Part shown: piece after piece, positions 25,683 to 38,607 of the stretch
Position numbering within the stretch: position 1 is the first letter of the stretch
How the letters are laid out: the number at the start of each line of letters is the position of its first letter
Assembly (NCBI GenBank): GCA_951406725.2
Contig: OX597834.1
Coordinates: forward strand, 16,120,001-16,184,000
Length of the DNA: 64,000 nucleotides
Reading direction: 5' to 3'
Source: Octopus vulgaris
Lineage: Eukaryota
Notes under the pieces: generated by a model
The model's input: only the letters and a program-made list of their open reading frames with translations
The model's database searches: none
What the model was told of the DNA's origin: nothing
Made by a program: the position numbers and the translations under genes

Positions 25683-26378
25683 TACATACACATATATATA
25701 TATACATACATACACATACCATACATATACACCATCATATTCATTTATTTATTTAGTTTAATGGGATTTTTTCAACAATTGATCAAATGTCAATATACTA
25801 TTGTCTAATCATATTTTGATGTGTTTGCAAATATTTTTAATATATATTGTCTTGTTGTTTCCCTCACATCAGTTGTTTGAACAATGAGAAATGTTCAAAC
25901 TCAGAGTTGCAAGTGTAGAAATCTTCAGCTTCTAACATGTGCATACGAATGTACGTCTGCATGCGTGTTAATTTTTTACGCACATACACGAATGCAAGTA
26001 TACAGGAAGAGATACAAATTCACACATGATCCAAAAACAATGCATAGAAAATACATACAGTACTATGTACACTACCCACACACACGCATACATACACACA
26101 CACAGTAACATACACATGTACATCTCCATAGAGAGATACACACGTATACAAACAGATATGAGTATAGGTGTGGTGTATGTATTGTGCGATATAGTTACAT
26201 GCGCATAAATGCAATTATACATTGAGATATACAAATTCACTTCCTTACATGTGCATCATGACACAAAGAAACACACATACATATATATATATATACTTAT
26301 TTAAAAATACAAACATATAGGCACACACAAACATCTACATATATGGCAAAAAGTATCTATTCCTATATACATATGCAG

Positions 26379-26438
<60 letters not shown>

Positions 26439-26649
26439 ATATAAGAGTTCACATGCAAACATCAAAAATATAAGAGAGAAAATAAATAAATGCATACATA
26501 CATACATACATACATACATACATACACCACCTATATACATACAAAATTATAGATGCACAGATACATATATACACACACAGAAACACACATGCACATATTC
26601 ACACAGAAATAGTCATACACACATAAATATATACATACAGAAACACATG

Positions 26650-26695
<46 letters not shown>

Positions 26696-26852
26696 GAAAT
26701 ATACAAACACACACACATATATATATACAGATGCACATGTACACACATATACAGACAAATGTATATACACACAGAAATACATACACACATACATATACAT
26801 ACATACACACACACGTATGCATACATACAAACACAGAAACACATGAATATAT

Positions 26853-26900
<48 letters not shown>

Positions 26901-27648
26901 GACACAGAAATATACAAACACACACACATATATAGAGGTACATGTACATACATATACAGACAGATGAATATATATACACATAGAAACACACAAGCACACA
27001 CACATATTTATACAGAGAACACATATACGCTTACCTCCACACAGAAATATACATGCACATACACAGATCTCCACACACACACATATATATATACACATGC
27101 TCACACTTGCAGACTCACACGCACACAGGGACGCAGCAAATCTAAAAAGTGCCAGCACACCAGAGAGAGAAACATGGAAAATTAATTGAGTTCAACTTTG
27201 CAAGTGTAAGGCATCGAGACGAAGAATTGCGATATCCAAAACTTGTAAATAATGAATGTTTGGAAAACACACCATTCCACAGATTCCACCGCCTAGACAG
27301 ACGTATATACACACACGGACATATCCACGCAAACAAACATCTTGTCTTGTCTTGTCTTTTTTTTTTGTGTTTTTGCCTTGTCTTTTAATCTTTCAGAGTA
27401 AACTTGTATGTGTTTAGTAAAGTTTGCATAATTTACCAAAAGTAATGGAAAATTCGAGGAAAACGAAAGTAAATTATATTTTACAAAAATAAACATGTAT
27501 ACATACATACATACGCACAGGTGTATATGTGTGTGCGTGTGTGTAATTGAGAAGAACAAAAAATGTCCATGTCAAGGTGTTTATCTATGGAGGATGATAA
27601 TTTCAAAATAGAAATTTCAAATAGGATATCTGCATGCATGTACACGTG

Positions 27649-27685
<37 letters not shown>

Positions 27686-27813
27686 CTATGTTTAGATCTA
27701 TGTACTAATATGTAAGTATGTATATTTATATATATGTATATATATATATATATATACATATATATAAATATACATACTTACATATTAGTACATAGATATA
27801 AACATAGACATAC

Positions 27814-27873
<60 letters not shown>

Positions 27874-28061
27874 CTTACATATTAGTACATAGATCTAAAC
27901 ATACACATACATTATATATATATATATCATCATCATCATCATCGTTTAACGTCCACTTTTCATGCTAGCATGGGTTGGACGGTTCAACTGGGGTCTGGGA
28001 AGCCCGAAGGCTACACCAGGCAAGTCAGATCTGGCAGTGTTTCTACAGCTGGATGCCCTTC

Positions 28062-28156
<95 letters not shown>

Positions 28157-28454
28157 CATAGATAGATATAGATAGAGGGTGTATATAAATATACAGAACA
28201 TTATGCAAGTGTGTGTGTGTGTGTGTTTCTGTACATGTAAATGCAGATATATATCTGTAGCTCTGCGTATATGTGTATGTACGTTAGTATGTAGAGACGT
28301 ATGGTTAAGTACCATATCAGAGTAAATAATCTCAAGATGAATTGCTCATACCATAGTAAAGACAAAACAGGGCAGTTAAGAAGTTCTCTCCTCAAATACA
28401 AGGGATGAGGACTATTATGGGCTTCACGCTAAATGATGATGATGATGATATACA

Positions 28455-29057
28455 TTTATACCCCACCTTGAATACTGTTGTCCACTGTGGTCTCCCCACA
28501 CAAAACAAAGTATCATAAAAGTTGAAGCACCTCAAAGGGCAATTACAAAAAAGATAGATGGCATGACAGGCCTCGACTATTGGGGTCGACTAGAAAAGCT
28601 AAAACTCTATTCTCTCCAACGTCGTCGTGAGCGCTACATCATCTGCATGATGTGGAAAATATTCCATCAGCATTGCCCAAATGATGTTGGCATCACCTTT
28701 AAGGTACATCCAAGGCTTGGGCCCCGTGCCATCTGCCCAAAACAAAAATCGCACTCTCATCTCATAACAACAATACGGCACAATTATTTCACCTCAATTG
28801 GCCCCGCTCTCTTTAACATTACACCAAAACACATTAAAACAGAAACTGACCCTATAGGGTTCAAGAAGTCTTTGGACAGATTCCTTCAAGAAATCCCGGA
28901 TAAACCCCCTACACCCGGATATGTGTCTGTAAACAATAACTCTCTACTTGAGTAGGCCATAGTGCCCAAATTCTGACTTGAAAGACTTCACCAGGTGGTG
29001 CTATTAAGTTAGACATGGCCTGGGCCAATAATGGCCGAAACCTATCAAAGTATCAAA
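28455..29057 (+). mobile_element. 5'-truncated CR1-clade LINE (second family)
   Basis: PHLEYCCPLWSP...DYWGRLEKLKLYSLQRRRERY...GPALFN...FKKSLDRFL..PDKP motifs. Confidence 0.9.
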
Positions 29058-29062
29058 GAAAA

Positions 29063-29100
<38 letters not shown>

Positions 29101-29199
29101 TTCATCTTTTACCTTTCACTTGTTTCAGTCATTAGCTTGCAGCCATGCTGGACTGCTGAAACCTACAATTTTTTTCTTTCTCTCTCTTTACTCTTTTTT

Positions 29200-29440
29200 T
29201 TTTTTTACTTGTTTCAGTCACTTGACTGTGGCCATGCCGGAGCACTGCCTTTAGTCGAGGAAATCGACCCCAGGACTTATTCTTTGTAAGCCTAGAACTT
29301 ATTCTATTGGTCTCTTTTGCTAAACCGCTACATTATGGGGACGTAAACACACCAGCATCAGTTGTCAAGCGATATTGGGGGGACAAACACAGACACACAA
29401 ACATATATACACACAAACATATGCACATACAAACATATGC

Positions 29441-29481
<41 letters not shown>

Positions 29482-29647
29482 TATATACGATGGGCTTCTT
29501 TCAGTTTCCGTCTACCAAATCCACTCAGAAGGCTTTGGTCGGCCCGAGGCTATAGTAGAAGACACTTGCCCAAGGTGCCATGCAGTGGGAGTGAACCCGG
29601 AACCATGTGGTTGGTAGACAAGCTACTTACCACACAGCCACTCCTGT
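29200..29647 (-). mobile_element. SINE family A, full length
   Basis: Head, internal microsatellite and tail present. Confidence 0.92.
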
Positions 29648-29734
29648 GTACATACATACAATATGTGCATGTATGCATGTGCACACACACACACACATGC
29701 AATTTGCCAAACAGCCAGTCAGCATGATGTGCGT

Positions 29735-29794
29735 TCATACAACCACCACTCCGTCAATTTCCTTGAGTGTCTTCGCATACGAGAAATCAGAGTT
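29735..29794 (-). CDS. Candidate last exon, phase 0: NSDFSYAKTLKEIDGVVVV*
   Basis: Long polypyrimidine acceptor ...tctttttctctctcatag; in frame with the exon at 29894-29979. Confidence 0.5.
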   Translation of the reverse strand, partial: NSDFSYAKTLKEIDGVVVV

Positions 29795-29893
29795 CTATGA
29801 GAGAGAAAAAGAGAGACAAAATGAGAGAGATGTCCCTCCATTCACCTGGGTATTGGCTTAGAGTCTGGCAGTGTATAATCTGGAAAATGTTAC

Positions 29894-29979
29894 CTGCAAC
29901 AGATTGACATCTTCTTCTTCATCTTCTTTTTCTCCGAGGAGGAGAGATTTATATTTCATTGTCTTAATGTGAGAATTAT
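29894..29979 (-). CDS. Candidate exon, phase 1 to 0: xNSHIKTMKYKSLLLGEKEDEEEDVNLLQ
   Basis: Acceptor gtgcttaatttcag, donor CAG|gtaaca, 86 nt open, protein-like composition. Confidence 0.5.
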
Positions 29980-30389
29980 CTGAAATTAAGCACTGCTTTT
30001 ACGAGACCCTCAGGGATATTTCGAGATAATTATCCTTTAAGTGTAATTTTTATTTTTATTAAGCCGTGAGTTGGTCCCCGCTTATAAGGATTTTATTGTT
30101 CACTCCAAACGAGATCACAATTATTGTCATTACATGCAACATCGTATATCTTAAGATTGATGTTGGGGGTGGGTGGCGGGGTGGGGCTAGGCGGGGGAGG
30201 CACAGGGAAAGAGAGGGCTGCCGTTGTGCTTTTTGCCTTTTGTTTTTATCAAATATAAATTGGACTGTCATACAAATACATTATTCTTGTCCATTTATGA
30301 AATTTGCCCTCGGACAAATCATCATCATCATCATCAGTATTATTATTACTACTATTATTAGCATTCCTTTCTCACAAGTGTTATTGTTG

Positions 30390-30393
30390 CAAA

Positions 30394-30435
<42 letters not shown>

Positions 30436-30530
30436 TATTATTACTATTATTATTATTATTATTACTATTATTATTATTATTACTATTATTATTATTATTA
30501 CTATTACTATTATTATTATTACTATTATTA

Positions 30531-30565
<35 letters not shown>

Positions 30566-30921
30566 CATTATTATTATTATTACTATTATTATTATTATTA
30601 TTATTACTATTATTATTATTATTATTATTACTATTATCATTATTATTATTTTTATTATTATTATTATTACTACTATTATTATTATTATTACTATTATTAT
30701 TATTATTATTATTACTATTATTATTATTATTATTTTTATTTTTATTATTATTATTACTACTATTATTATTATTACTATTAATATTATTATTATTATTACT
30801 ATTATTATTATTATTATTTTTATTTTTATTATTATTATTACTACTACTATTATTATTATTATTATTACTATTACTATTATTATTATTATTATTATTATTA
30901 CTATTACTATTATTATTATTA

Positions 30922-30964
<43 letters not shown>

Positions 30965-31010
30965 CATCATCATCATTAGTATTGTTATCATTATAATTAT
31001 CATCATCATT
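30390..31010. repeat. (TAT)n microsatellite, about 600 bp
   Basis: Seen directly. Confidence 0.97.
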
Positions 31011-31098
31011 AGTCTTATTGTTGTGGAATAAAAGAATTGAATACCTAGGGACACGAATGTAGGAAATGGAAGGGTCTGAAGCACTTTTCTCATGTGTG

Positions 31099-31131
<33 letters not shown>

Positions 31132-31237
31132 TGTATGTGTGTGCATGCATGTGTTTGTAAACTAATATCTCAAATCACAGAAGAACTTCTAAATTTGGCT
31201 AATGGAAGGTTGACAGAATGAAGCAGTTGAAATTCTT

Positions 31238-31284
31238 TCAACTCCTAACCAAATCACAGCATTGTAGAACTGGACACAACAATG
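31238..31284 (-). CDS. Candidate terminal exon (phase 1 xLLCPVLQCCDLVRS*)
   Basis: Acceptor ctactcccctcgccgtgctctctttag. Confidence 0.25.
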
Positions 31285-31978
31285 CTAAAGAGAGCACGGC
31301 GAGGGGAGTAGTAACCAAGATGGTGGTGCTGTTCTTGATGTTGTGCTGTGGCTTAACCCCAGATCACCTAAATAATAACAACAATGATAAGGATTTCTTT
31401 TATTGGTCACAAGGGCCCAAGACATGGAAGACAATACCCAATGATGAGCTACAACATACAAAAACAGGTGTGGTTTACATCGATCAAAGGGACACACTAC
31501 AACATTAAAAGATATATACATATATATACTCTCCCCTGCAACCTGCTGCTTCTCCACCATTTCATTGGCGATCGTATCTCGCCAACATCTGTATTTGTCC
31601 CCTCTACCGAAAAGGTAATTATTTCTACGCCAGCTGCTATGTTGTTGTTGTTTTTGTCTCATTTGGTCTAAAGTCGTATGACAACCACCGTTATTTTATA
31701 TTCTGTTTAACCGTTACCGTTTTCAATTTCGTTTTCGTCTCTCGTATTTACATCCGTCTCGTGCGTTCACATTCCTGTCTTCTACCAAGAAATCTAATGC
31801 TTACAGCTTAGTTTTTTTCTTGGGGCTGGCCGAGTTGGAGCAAATATCAGAATTGAACAGCCGAAATTTGCTATGATGATTCGGTGTCTGACTGAAGATT
31901 GAAGGCTTCGAATGATTTGTCTGTGTTCCGTGTTTGTCCCTTCCTGTATTTCACGTTCTTTATATATAAAATATTTAT

Positions 31979-32019
<41 letters not shown>

Positions 32020-32193
32020 AAATGAAGGTGAGAAATTAGATATTAATTTTATTAACATCGATTTCACACCAGTGGTCTAGCATAAAAAAAAAACGAAGGT
32101 TCAGTAAAACTGTATTATATATATGTTAGAGGGAAACCACCGTAGTGGATCTATTTCTAGCATATGGGTGTCCACATGGTGGTTTCCCTCTAA

Positions 32194-32232
<39 letters not shown>

Positions 32233-32242
32233 TGCATATTTG

Positions 32243-32620
32243 TATCTGTGTTTGTTCCCCCACCATCACTTGACAACCGATGTTGGTATGTTTACATCCC
32301 CATAACTTAGCGGTTCAGCAAAAGTGATCAACAGAATAAGTACTAGGCTTACAAAGAATAATTCCTAGGGTCGATTTGTTTAACTAAAGAGGGTGCTCCA
32401 GCATGGCAGCAGCAATCAAATGACTGAAACAAATAAAGGAATAAAAGTTAAAAAATACGAAGAGCTTCCACACAGTTTCCATCTGCCAAATTCATTCACA
32501 AAGTATCGGTCAACTTGGAGCTACAACTGAAGGTATCCGCACCAAGTGCTGCATGGTGGGACTGAACTCAAAACCCAGTGGTTGCAAAGTGAGTTTCTTA
32601 AACCACACAGCCATGCCTAC
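32243..32620. mobile_element. Two SINE family A halves in opposite orientation
   Basis: 3' half on + (32243-32447), 5' half on - (32462-32620). Confidence 0.8.
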
Positions 32621-32950
32621 GAACAACAACGGAATCCCAATAACTTGAATAACTTTCTACTTTATAATACAGGGTGAATGGAAGACCAAAGACAACAGCT
32701 TCCTTGGTTGTTTAAGTATACTCAGGAGGAACTGGCTGATAAGACAATTCCAATTTAACGAACGCTTTTTGATTCATTATCCACCCACCCACCCAAACAC
32801 GCCCACTTCCCACCCCCATCGCCCTCCGTTAACCCTCTGTCACACTTCAATAATTATTCAAATAAACAGTTATAAAGTTTTCTTCCTTTTATTTTTACTT
32901 CATGTGTGTGTGTGATTGTGTGTGTGTGTATACATTGTGTGTATATCTAT

Positions 32951-32999
<49 letters not shown>

Positions 33000-33211
33000 C
33001 TTATATATATACATATATATATACATATATATCTACATATATACACACACATAGACACACAAATATATATAATATACACACATATATATACACATACATA
33101 TATATATGCATACACACACACATATATATACAAGCATACACACACAAACATACAGATACATAGAAATACCCACAAACACATATATACAAACACATGTATA
33201 TATATGCACTT

Positions 33212-33259
<48 letters not shown>

Positions 33260-33399
33260 ACAAAAACACACACACATATGCATAGAGTAACACACATATA
33301 CATACACTCACACACACATATATACAAACATACATACATAAACACACACACACATACACAATTATACACACTACTTTTGTGTTGTGAATTTCACTTTCT

Positions 33400-33473
33400 T
33401 TAAATGAATTTTTCCCAACGTACTACATACGCACATTTGTTCCCAAAGGGTGTTGCACAAAGATATGTTTGTT
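33400..33473 (-). CDS. Candidate terminal exon (phase 1 xQTYLCATPFGNKCAYVVRWEKFI*)
   Basis: Acceptor gcgtctttcacttctgctgctttgcag, unique island. Confidence 0.3.
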
Positions 33474-33699
33474 CTGCAAAGCAGCAGAAGTGAAAGACGC
33501 AATAAAACCTTATAGAAAATCAACAATGCACTTCTTAATCACAAGTAAACCAAACTGAACACACACACACACGGACATACATACACACACACACAGAGCC
33601 AAGGAAGCAGAGGTGTACGCTTGTTGGCAAATGTTGGTGAATGGTGGGTTTCGGGGAAGTGGACTTTTTGCTGCACATCACTTAAGCCTCGTATCATGA

Positions 33700-33746
33700 G
33701 GCTTAAGTGATAAGTGGCAACACACGAAACTCTTGGACCTTGAGCC
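33700..33746 (+). ncRNA. Degenerate hammerhead motif (second copy on minus strand at 34883-34921)
   Basis: ggcttaag-tgataa-gtggcaacacac-GAAA-ctcttg-ga-c-cttgagcc with an 8-bp stem I; the other copy keeps tgatga and the GTA triplet. Confidence 0.5.
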
Positions 33747-33789
33747 ACTCAGTTGCTTCCACTAAATATTAATAAATAAATATATATAT

Positions 33790-33965
33790 GGCACGTAAAA
33801 AGCACTCACGGAGTGGTTGGCGTTAGGAAGGGCATCCAGCCGTAGAAACATTGCCAGATCAGACTGGGCCTGGTGCAGCCTTCTGGCTTCCCCAGACCCC
33901 AGTTGAACTGTCCAACCCATGCTAGCATGGAAAGCGGACGCTAAACGATGATGATGATGATGATG
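33790..33965 (+). mobile_element. Family D retro-repeat 3' part
   Basis: Matches the family, (GAT)n tail. Confidence 0.88.
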
Positions 33966-34460
33966 ACCAAACATAGTTTGGTCAACGAAATTTGGTGGAC
34001 AGAAACTGTGACTGTGAGAATGATCAGTAGGAGCTGGCTCCAGGGAGGGGGTAAGTGTCTCTTCAAGATATGAAGTGAGTAGGAGTGTGTTGGGACAGCA
34101 GAACAAGGAGTGTGGGGGTGAAGGGGTGTTGGAGTGTATGGAGGGACAGGAAATGGGGGTAGGGGTCGATAGGAGATGGGCAACATACATACATGTGTGT
34201 GTGTGTGTATACACACGCAATCATTTTTTTTATTTTTCAATCACTTTCGGAATTACAACAATTAGTGGCTTGGAGTTTAACTGCTCTTTCTAGTGAGTCA
34301 GATATCCTATTCTTTGGGTATCTCTTTTGTGTTTGAATATACACTGTATTCTTCTCTGAATAATATGTAGTCTATTGACTAATTTTTTCTTTCTCGCTAG
34401 ACTACTGGTAACTAAGAATTTTTTCGATAAATATTCTTGCTACCCTAAGATTTTAATTAT

Positions 34461-34502
<42 letters not shown>

Positions 34503-34927
34503 TTTTTCACGGCAGAAGTGTTAAGGCCACTCTATCAGGCAAAGAAGATTAGCCTGCAAGATTCCTGTGCCAGTGTCACATAAAAAGCACTCAGGCCAGT
34601 GCCACATATCAAAAGTGCCACTGTAAAGTGGTTGGCATTAGGAAGGGCATCAAGCGATAGAAACCAAGCCAAATCAGACTGGAACCTGGTGCAGCTCCCC
34701 AGCTTGCCAGCTCTGGTCAAACCATCCAACCCATGCCAGCATGGACAACAGACATTAAAGATGATGATGATGATGATGATATTTATTTATTTATTAATAT
34801 TATTAATTTATTAATTTATTAATTTATTAATTTATTAATTTATTAATATTAATTTATTAATATTTAGTGGAAGCAACTGAGTGGCTCAAGGTACAAGAGT
34901 TTCATGTGTTGGCACTCATCACACTAG

Positions 34928-34980
<53 letters not shown>

Positions 34981-34997
34981 ATAGAAATATATATATA

Positions 34998-35266
34998 TTT
35001 ATATATATAAAACGGAGAATGTGTGTGTATCTGTCTGTCTGTGTGTTTCATTCAAATTTTACACATGCCTTACTTAGGGTCCATGTAGTTTCATAGGTAA
35101 AAAAAAAATGTTCAACTTCTTGCCTAGAGCGAGCCCATAGCAATATCATATCTTCTCCACTATTTCAGCATTACGTGTTAAAAGTGAAACAAAAATGTAC
35201 ACATATATATACACATATATACATGCACTAGCACTATGACCCGGCAACGACTGGTCTTTAATTCTA

Positions 35267-35267
<1 letters not shown>
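34998..35267 (+). mobile_element. Non-autonomous Helitron
   Basis: tatatataaaacgg 5' end, (GTCT) tract, gacc...ggtc hairpin followed by CTAG-T. Confidence 0.65.
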
Positions 35268-35303
<36 letters not shown>

Positions 35304-35353
35304 CAAATACATACACATACATATATATATACAAACACATATATATACACACA

Positions 35354-35585
35354 CAGGGTGGCCCAAAAGTAGGTTTACAGTTATTCAACTATCTCTTTCG
35401 CTTTCATATATGAACAGTTTAGATCTTAATTATAAAAAAATATGAAACCCTTATTCTATGCTAATTTAGTTAATTTTGTCGAGCTCCCTTTTCAGTTTGT
35501 AAGATAGAAATTTAAATGTAATAAAATGTTTTAAAAGAAATTTGAAACGCCTACATGATAACTGTAAACCTACTTTTGGGCCAAC

Positions 35586-35588
<3 letters not shown>
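35354..35588. mobile_element. Tc1/mariner-type MITE
   Basis: 31-bp TIRs cagggtggcccaaaagtaggtttacagttat / ataactgtaaacctacttttgggccaacctg, TA on the right flank. Confidence 0.88.
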
Positions 35589-35640
<52 letters not shown>

Positions 35641-36193
35641 ATCCAAACAAGAAAACACAAAAAAACACAACACGAGGACGTGGAACAAATATAGTATTAT
35701 TGGACGCTCAGGAATATATATATATATATATACATACACATACACATATATATATATATATGCTCCAGTCTGTCCTTCATAACTATAATCTGGATGGTTT
35801 GTCTTGATCTTCTGGTCAGTCTTGTCAAGTATGACCCTCACCCCATGCCACGCTACCCCACACCCCACCCCGATGATCACTGTGGTGAGCTCATCGCAGT
35901 GTACCATTCTTGCTATGTGCTTATATCACTTATCCATTTTTCACTTTGAAGCGTCGGCATATTGCCAAATGGCCATAACTGCCAACTTGATCAACATGTC
36001 TGTGGTTATATTCGTACTTGGCAAGGATTGGACAACCAGAAGTAATGCAGTCAATTGTCTCAGTGTACTGATTATGGAGTCTGCACTTGATATTAACCTT
36101 GTGTTTCATTATTTTTTTCTTGTAATTATTTATTTGTGACTAAGACATTTATCTTGTGCAACTATTTATCTTGTGCATCCATTTCCAGGATGA

Positions 36194-36379
36194 GATGATT
36201 GGGCATAGCTGTTTCGGCGCTGATGATTTGCCATGGCTGTTTCGGCGCTGATGATTTGCCATGGCTGTTTCGACGTTGATGATTTGCCATGGCTGTTTCG
36301 GCGCTGATGATTTGCCATGGCTGTTTCGACGTTGATGGTTTGCCATGGCTGTTTCGGCACTGATGATTTGCCATGGCTG
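36194..36379. repeat. 28-bp minisatellite, about 6.5 copies
   Basis: ggctgtttcggcgctgatgatttgccat with an alternating variant. Confidence 0.95.
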
Positions 36380-36415
36380 ACTGAACATTCAGCTTGTTCT
36401 GGGTGACAGTACTTT

Positions 36416-36648
36416 AAGGCGGCGAGCTGGAAGAAACGTTAGCACGCCGGGCGAAATGCGTAGCCGTATTTCGTCTGCTGTTACATTCTGGGTTCAAATT
36501 CCGCCGAGGTTGACTTTGCCTTTCATCCTTTCGAGGTCGATAAATTAAGTACCAGTTACCCACTGGGGTCGATGTAATCGACTTAATCCGTTTGTCTGTC
36601 CTTGTTTGTACCCTCTATGTTTAACGCCTTGTGGGTAGTAAAGAAATA
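36416..36648 (+). mobile_element. SINE family C, full length with TSD agtacttt
   Basis: Colinear with 15551-15784; flanking direct repeat. Confidence 0.92.
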
Positions 36649-36923
36649 AGTACTTTTTGGCAGTGGAGGTAAACATACTCACACACATGCACAAGCAGAA
36701 ATATACAGAGACAGAAAGAGAGTGGAGAGACAAACAGATGGATGGAGGGAGAGATGAAGAGAGAGAACTTACACATACATACAAACAGTACCAGATGTTA
36801 ACACACACGGATAGACAGAGGGTAAGATATATCATCAAAGAGGGAGAGAGAGGGAGGGTGCAAAGGAAAGACATTACACACACACACTAGATACTCAAGA
36901 GAGAGAGAGAATTTCTAGTCAGT

Positions 36924-36976
<53 letters not shown>

Positions 36977-37352
36977 CTTAATCATCAACGAAACTGTTTT
37001 AATATCCACTTTTCTGCACTTGCATGGATAAAAAGCAACTCATCAAGGCAGATTTTCTCAGCCCAAATGTCCTTCCTGTCACCTGTCACTAGATTCCACC
37101 TGCTCCCAAGCAAGGTAATATTTGTTCAACTCTCTTGTAGCACCATTTTTATCTTTAATCTAATTTAATATTCTCCTTTCTTGTGTATTGTATCTTTCTA
37201 ATTTCATCAACTCTAAGCTGCCTGTTTGAGGATCGACGGCACTCTGGTTCAATTCTCTGATTTCAGTGTCAATTTAATGTACTCAGTTTTAATTAATTTT
37301 TCTCTTCGCAATCCTTTAGTTTTCAGATCTCTCTGTGAAATGCAATGCTTAT

Positions 37353-37707
37353 TTATTTCCTCCGCCTTAGTGAAGGTGGAGATATTGTTTTCAGTCATGT
37401 TTGTTTGTCCATGGACAAGATATCTCAAGAACTGCTGGATGGATTTGGATGAAACTTTCAGGGATGTTTGGCCTCCTGATTGGCACAAACTGATTAGATT
37501 TTGGGATTGATCCAGTACCTGACTGAAATATTTTTCTTGTTTTTTTAAATTTTTCCAAGTGGTCAGGTTCATTTTTAGTATTCTCATTTGCGAGAGCAGA
37601 AGAGTTTATTTCAGATATTCTCATTTTAAAAATCCTCTGCGGTTAATCGTTGATAGGACGTTGGTGTTGCATTGATGGAGGTTGTGGACTCTCTGAGTGC
37701 TCTTGTT
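37353..37707 (+). mobile_element. Helentron-associated (HINE/DINE-1-like) element
   Basis: 5' cctccgcc..ggtggag sub-inverted repeat, ggatggatttggatgaaact core, 3' ggagg plus actc..gagt hairpin, inserted in TT. Confidence 0.7.
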
Positions 37708-37724
37708 CATATTATTTTTAATTA

Positions 37725-37960
37725 CCTATTTCTTTACTACCCACAAAGGGGCTAAACACAGAGGGGACAAACAAGGACAGACAAAGGGATTAAGTCGATT
37801 ATACCGACCCCAGTGCGTAACTGGTACTTAATTTATTGACCCCGAAGGGATAAAAGGCAAAGTTGACCTCCGCGGAATTTGAACTCAGAACGTAATGGCA
37901 GACGAAATACGGCTACGCATTTCGCCCGGTGTGCTAACGGTTCTGCCAGCTCGCCGCCTT
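37725..37960 (-). mobile_element. SINE family C, full length
   Basis: Colinear with the family. Confidence 0.92.
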
Positions 37961-38148
37961 AATTGTTTTTAATTAATTGTTTTTAATTACCCATGCATTA
38001 TCTCATGGCTTTGAGATGTCAATGATGGGATTGCTTATTTTTAGAATGACATTGCAAAGTAGGTGTGAAAGGCAGGATCTGGTCAGTTTGAACAGAAAAC
38101 AGGTACAAAACATTTGGGCTGGATATGACTGGTTTAAATGCTACAGGA

Positions 38149-38607
38149 TTAACCCTTTCGTTACTGTATTTATTTTGAGATGCTCTGTGTTTCTTTCAAT
38201 TATTTTAAACATAACAAAGAATTTAGTAAAATAACTTAGTTATCATTAAGTTAGTGTTAGGAACATAAACTGTGACTAAGGTTTGGTGGGAGATTTTAAT
38301 TCAAAACTTATGAAAACAAGACATTTGTACTCAGAGCCAGAGCTGGTTTCAGCCAGGTTGGTATCAAAAGCATTAAGAATTGTTTCTCTATTATATATCT
38401 TAACCCTTTTGTTACTTTATTTCTGTTGAGAAGCTCTGTGTTTCCTTTCAATTAGTTTAAATATAACAAAGAAAGTTATCATTAGTGTTAGGAACATAAA
38501 TTGTGACTAAGGTTTGGTGGAAGATTTTCATTCAAAACTTATGAAAACAAGACATTTTACCACAAAGCCTGAGCTGGTTTTGGCCGGGTTAGTAACAAAA
38601 GGGTTAA
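38149..38607. mobile_element. Two tandem piggyBac-type MITEs
   Basis: TTAA-CCCTTT...AAAGGG-TTAA ends (38400-38607); diverged twin at 38149-38376. Confidence 0.8.

Larger units (their letters stand above)
37310..38152 (+). mobile_element. piggyBac-type MITE split by two later insertions
   Basis: Pieces 37310-37352, 37708-37724 and 37975-38148 resemble the 45927-46075 family; ends at TTAA. Confidence 0.55.

Noticed and set aside
30066-31150. Long ORFs (230-342 aa) here and at 13080-13902, 22564-23315, 52868-53943 and 58099-59077
   Set aside because: Translations of stop-free microsatellites (poly-I/L/Y, YI, ER repeats) with no protein complexity
36194-36379. 28-bp repeat as a tandem hammerhead array
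   Set aside because: CTGATGA is on the plus strand while GAAA is on the minus strand, so the core cannot form on one RNA
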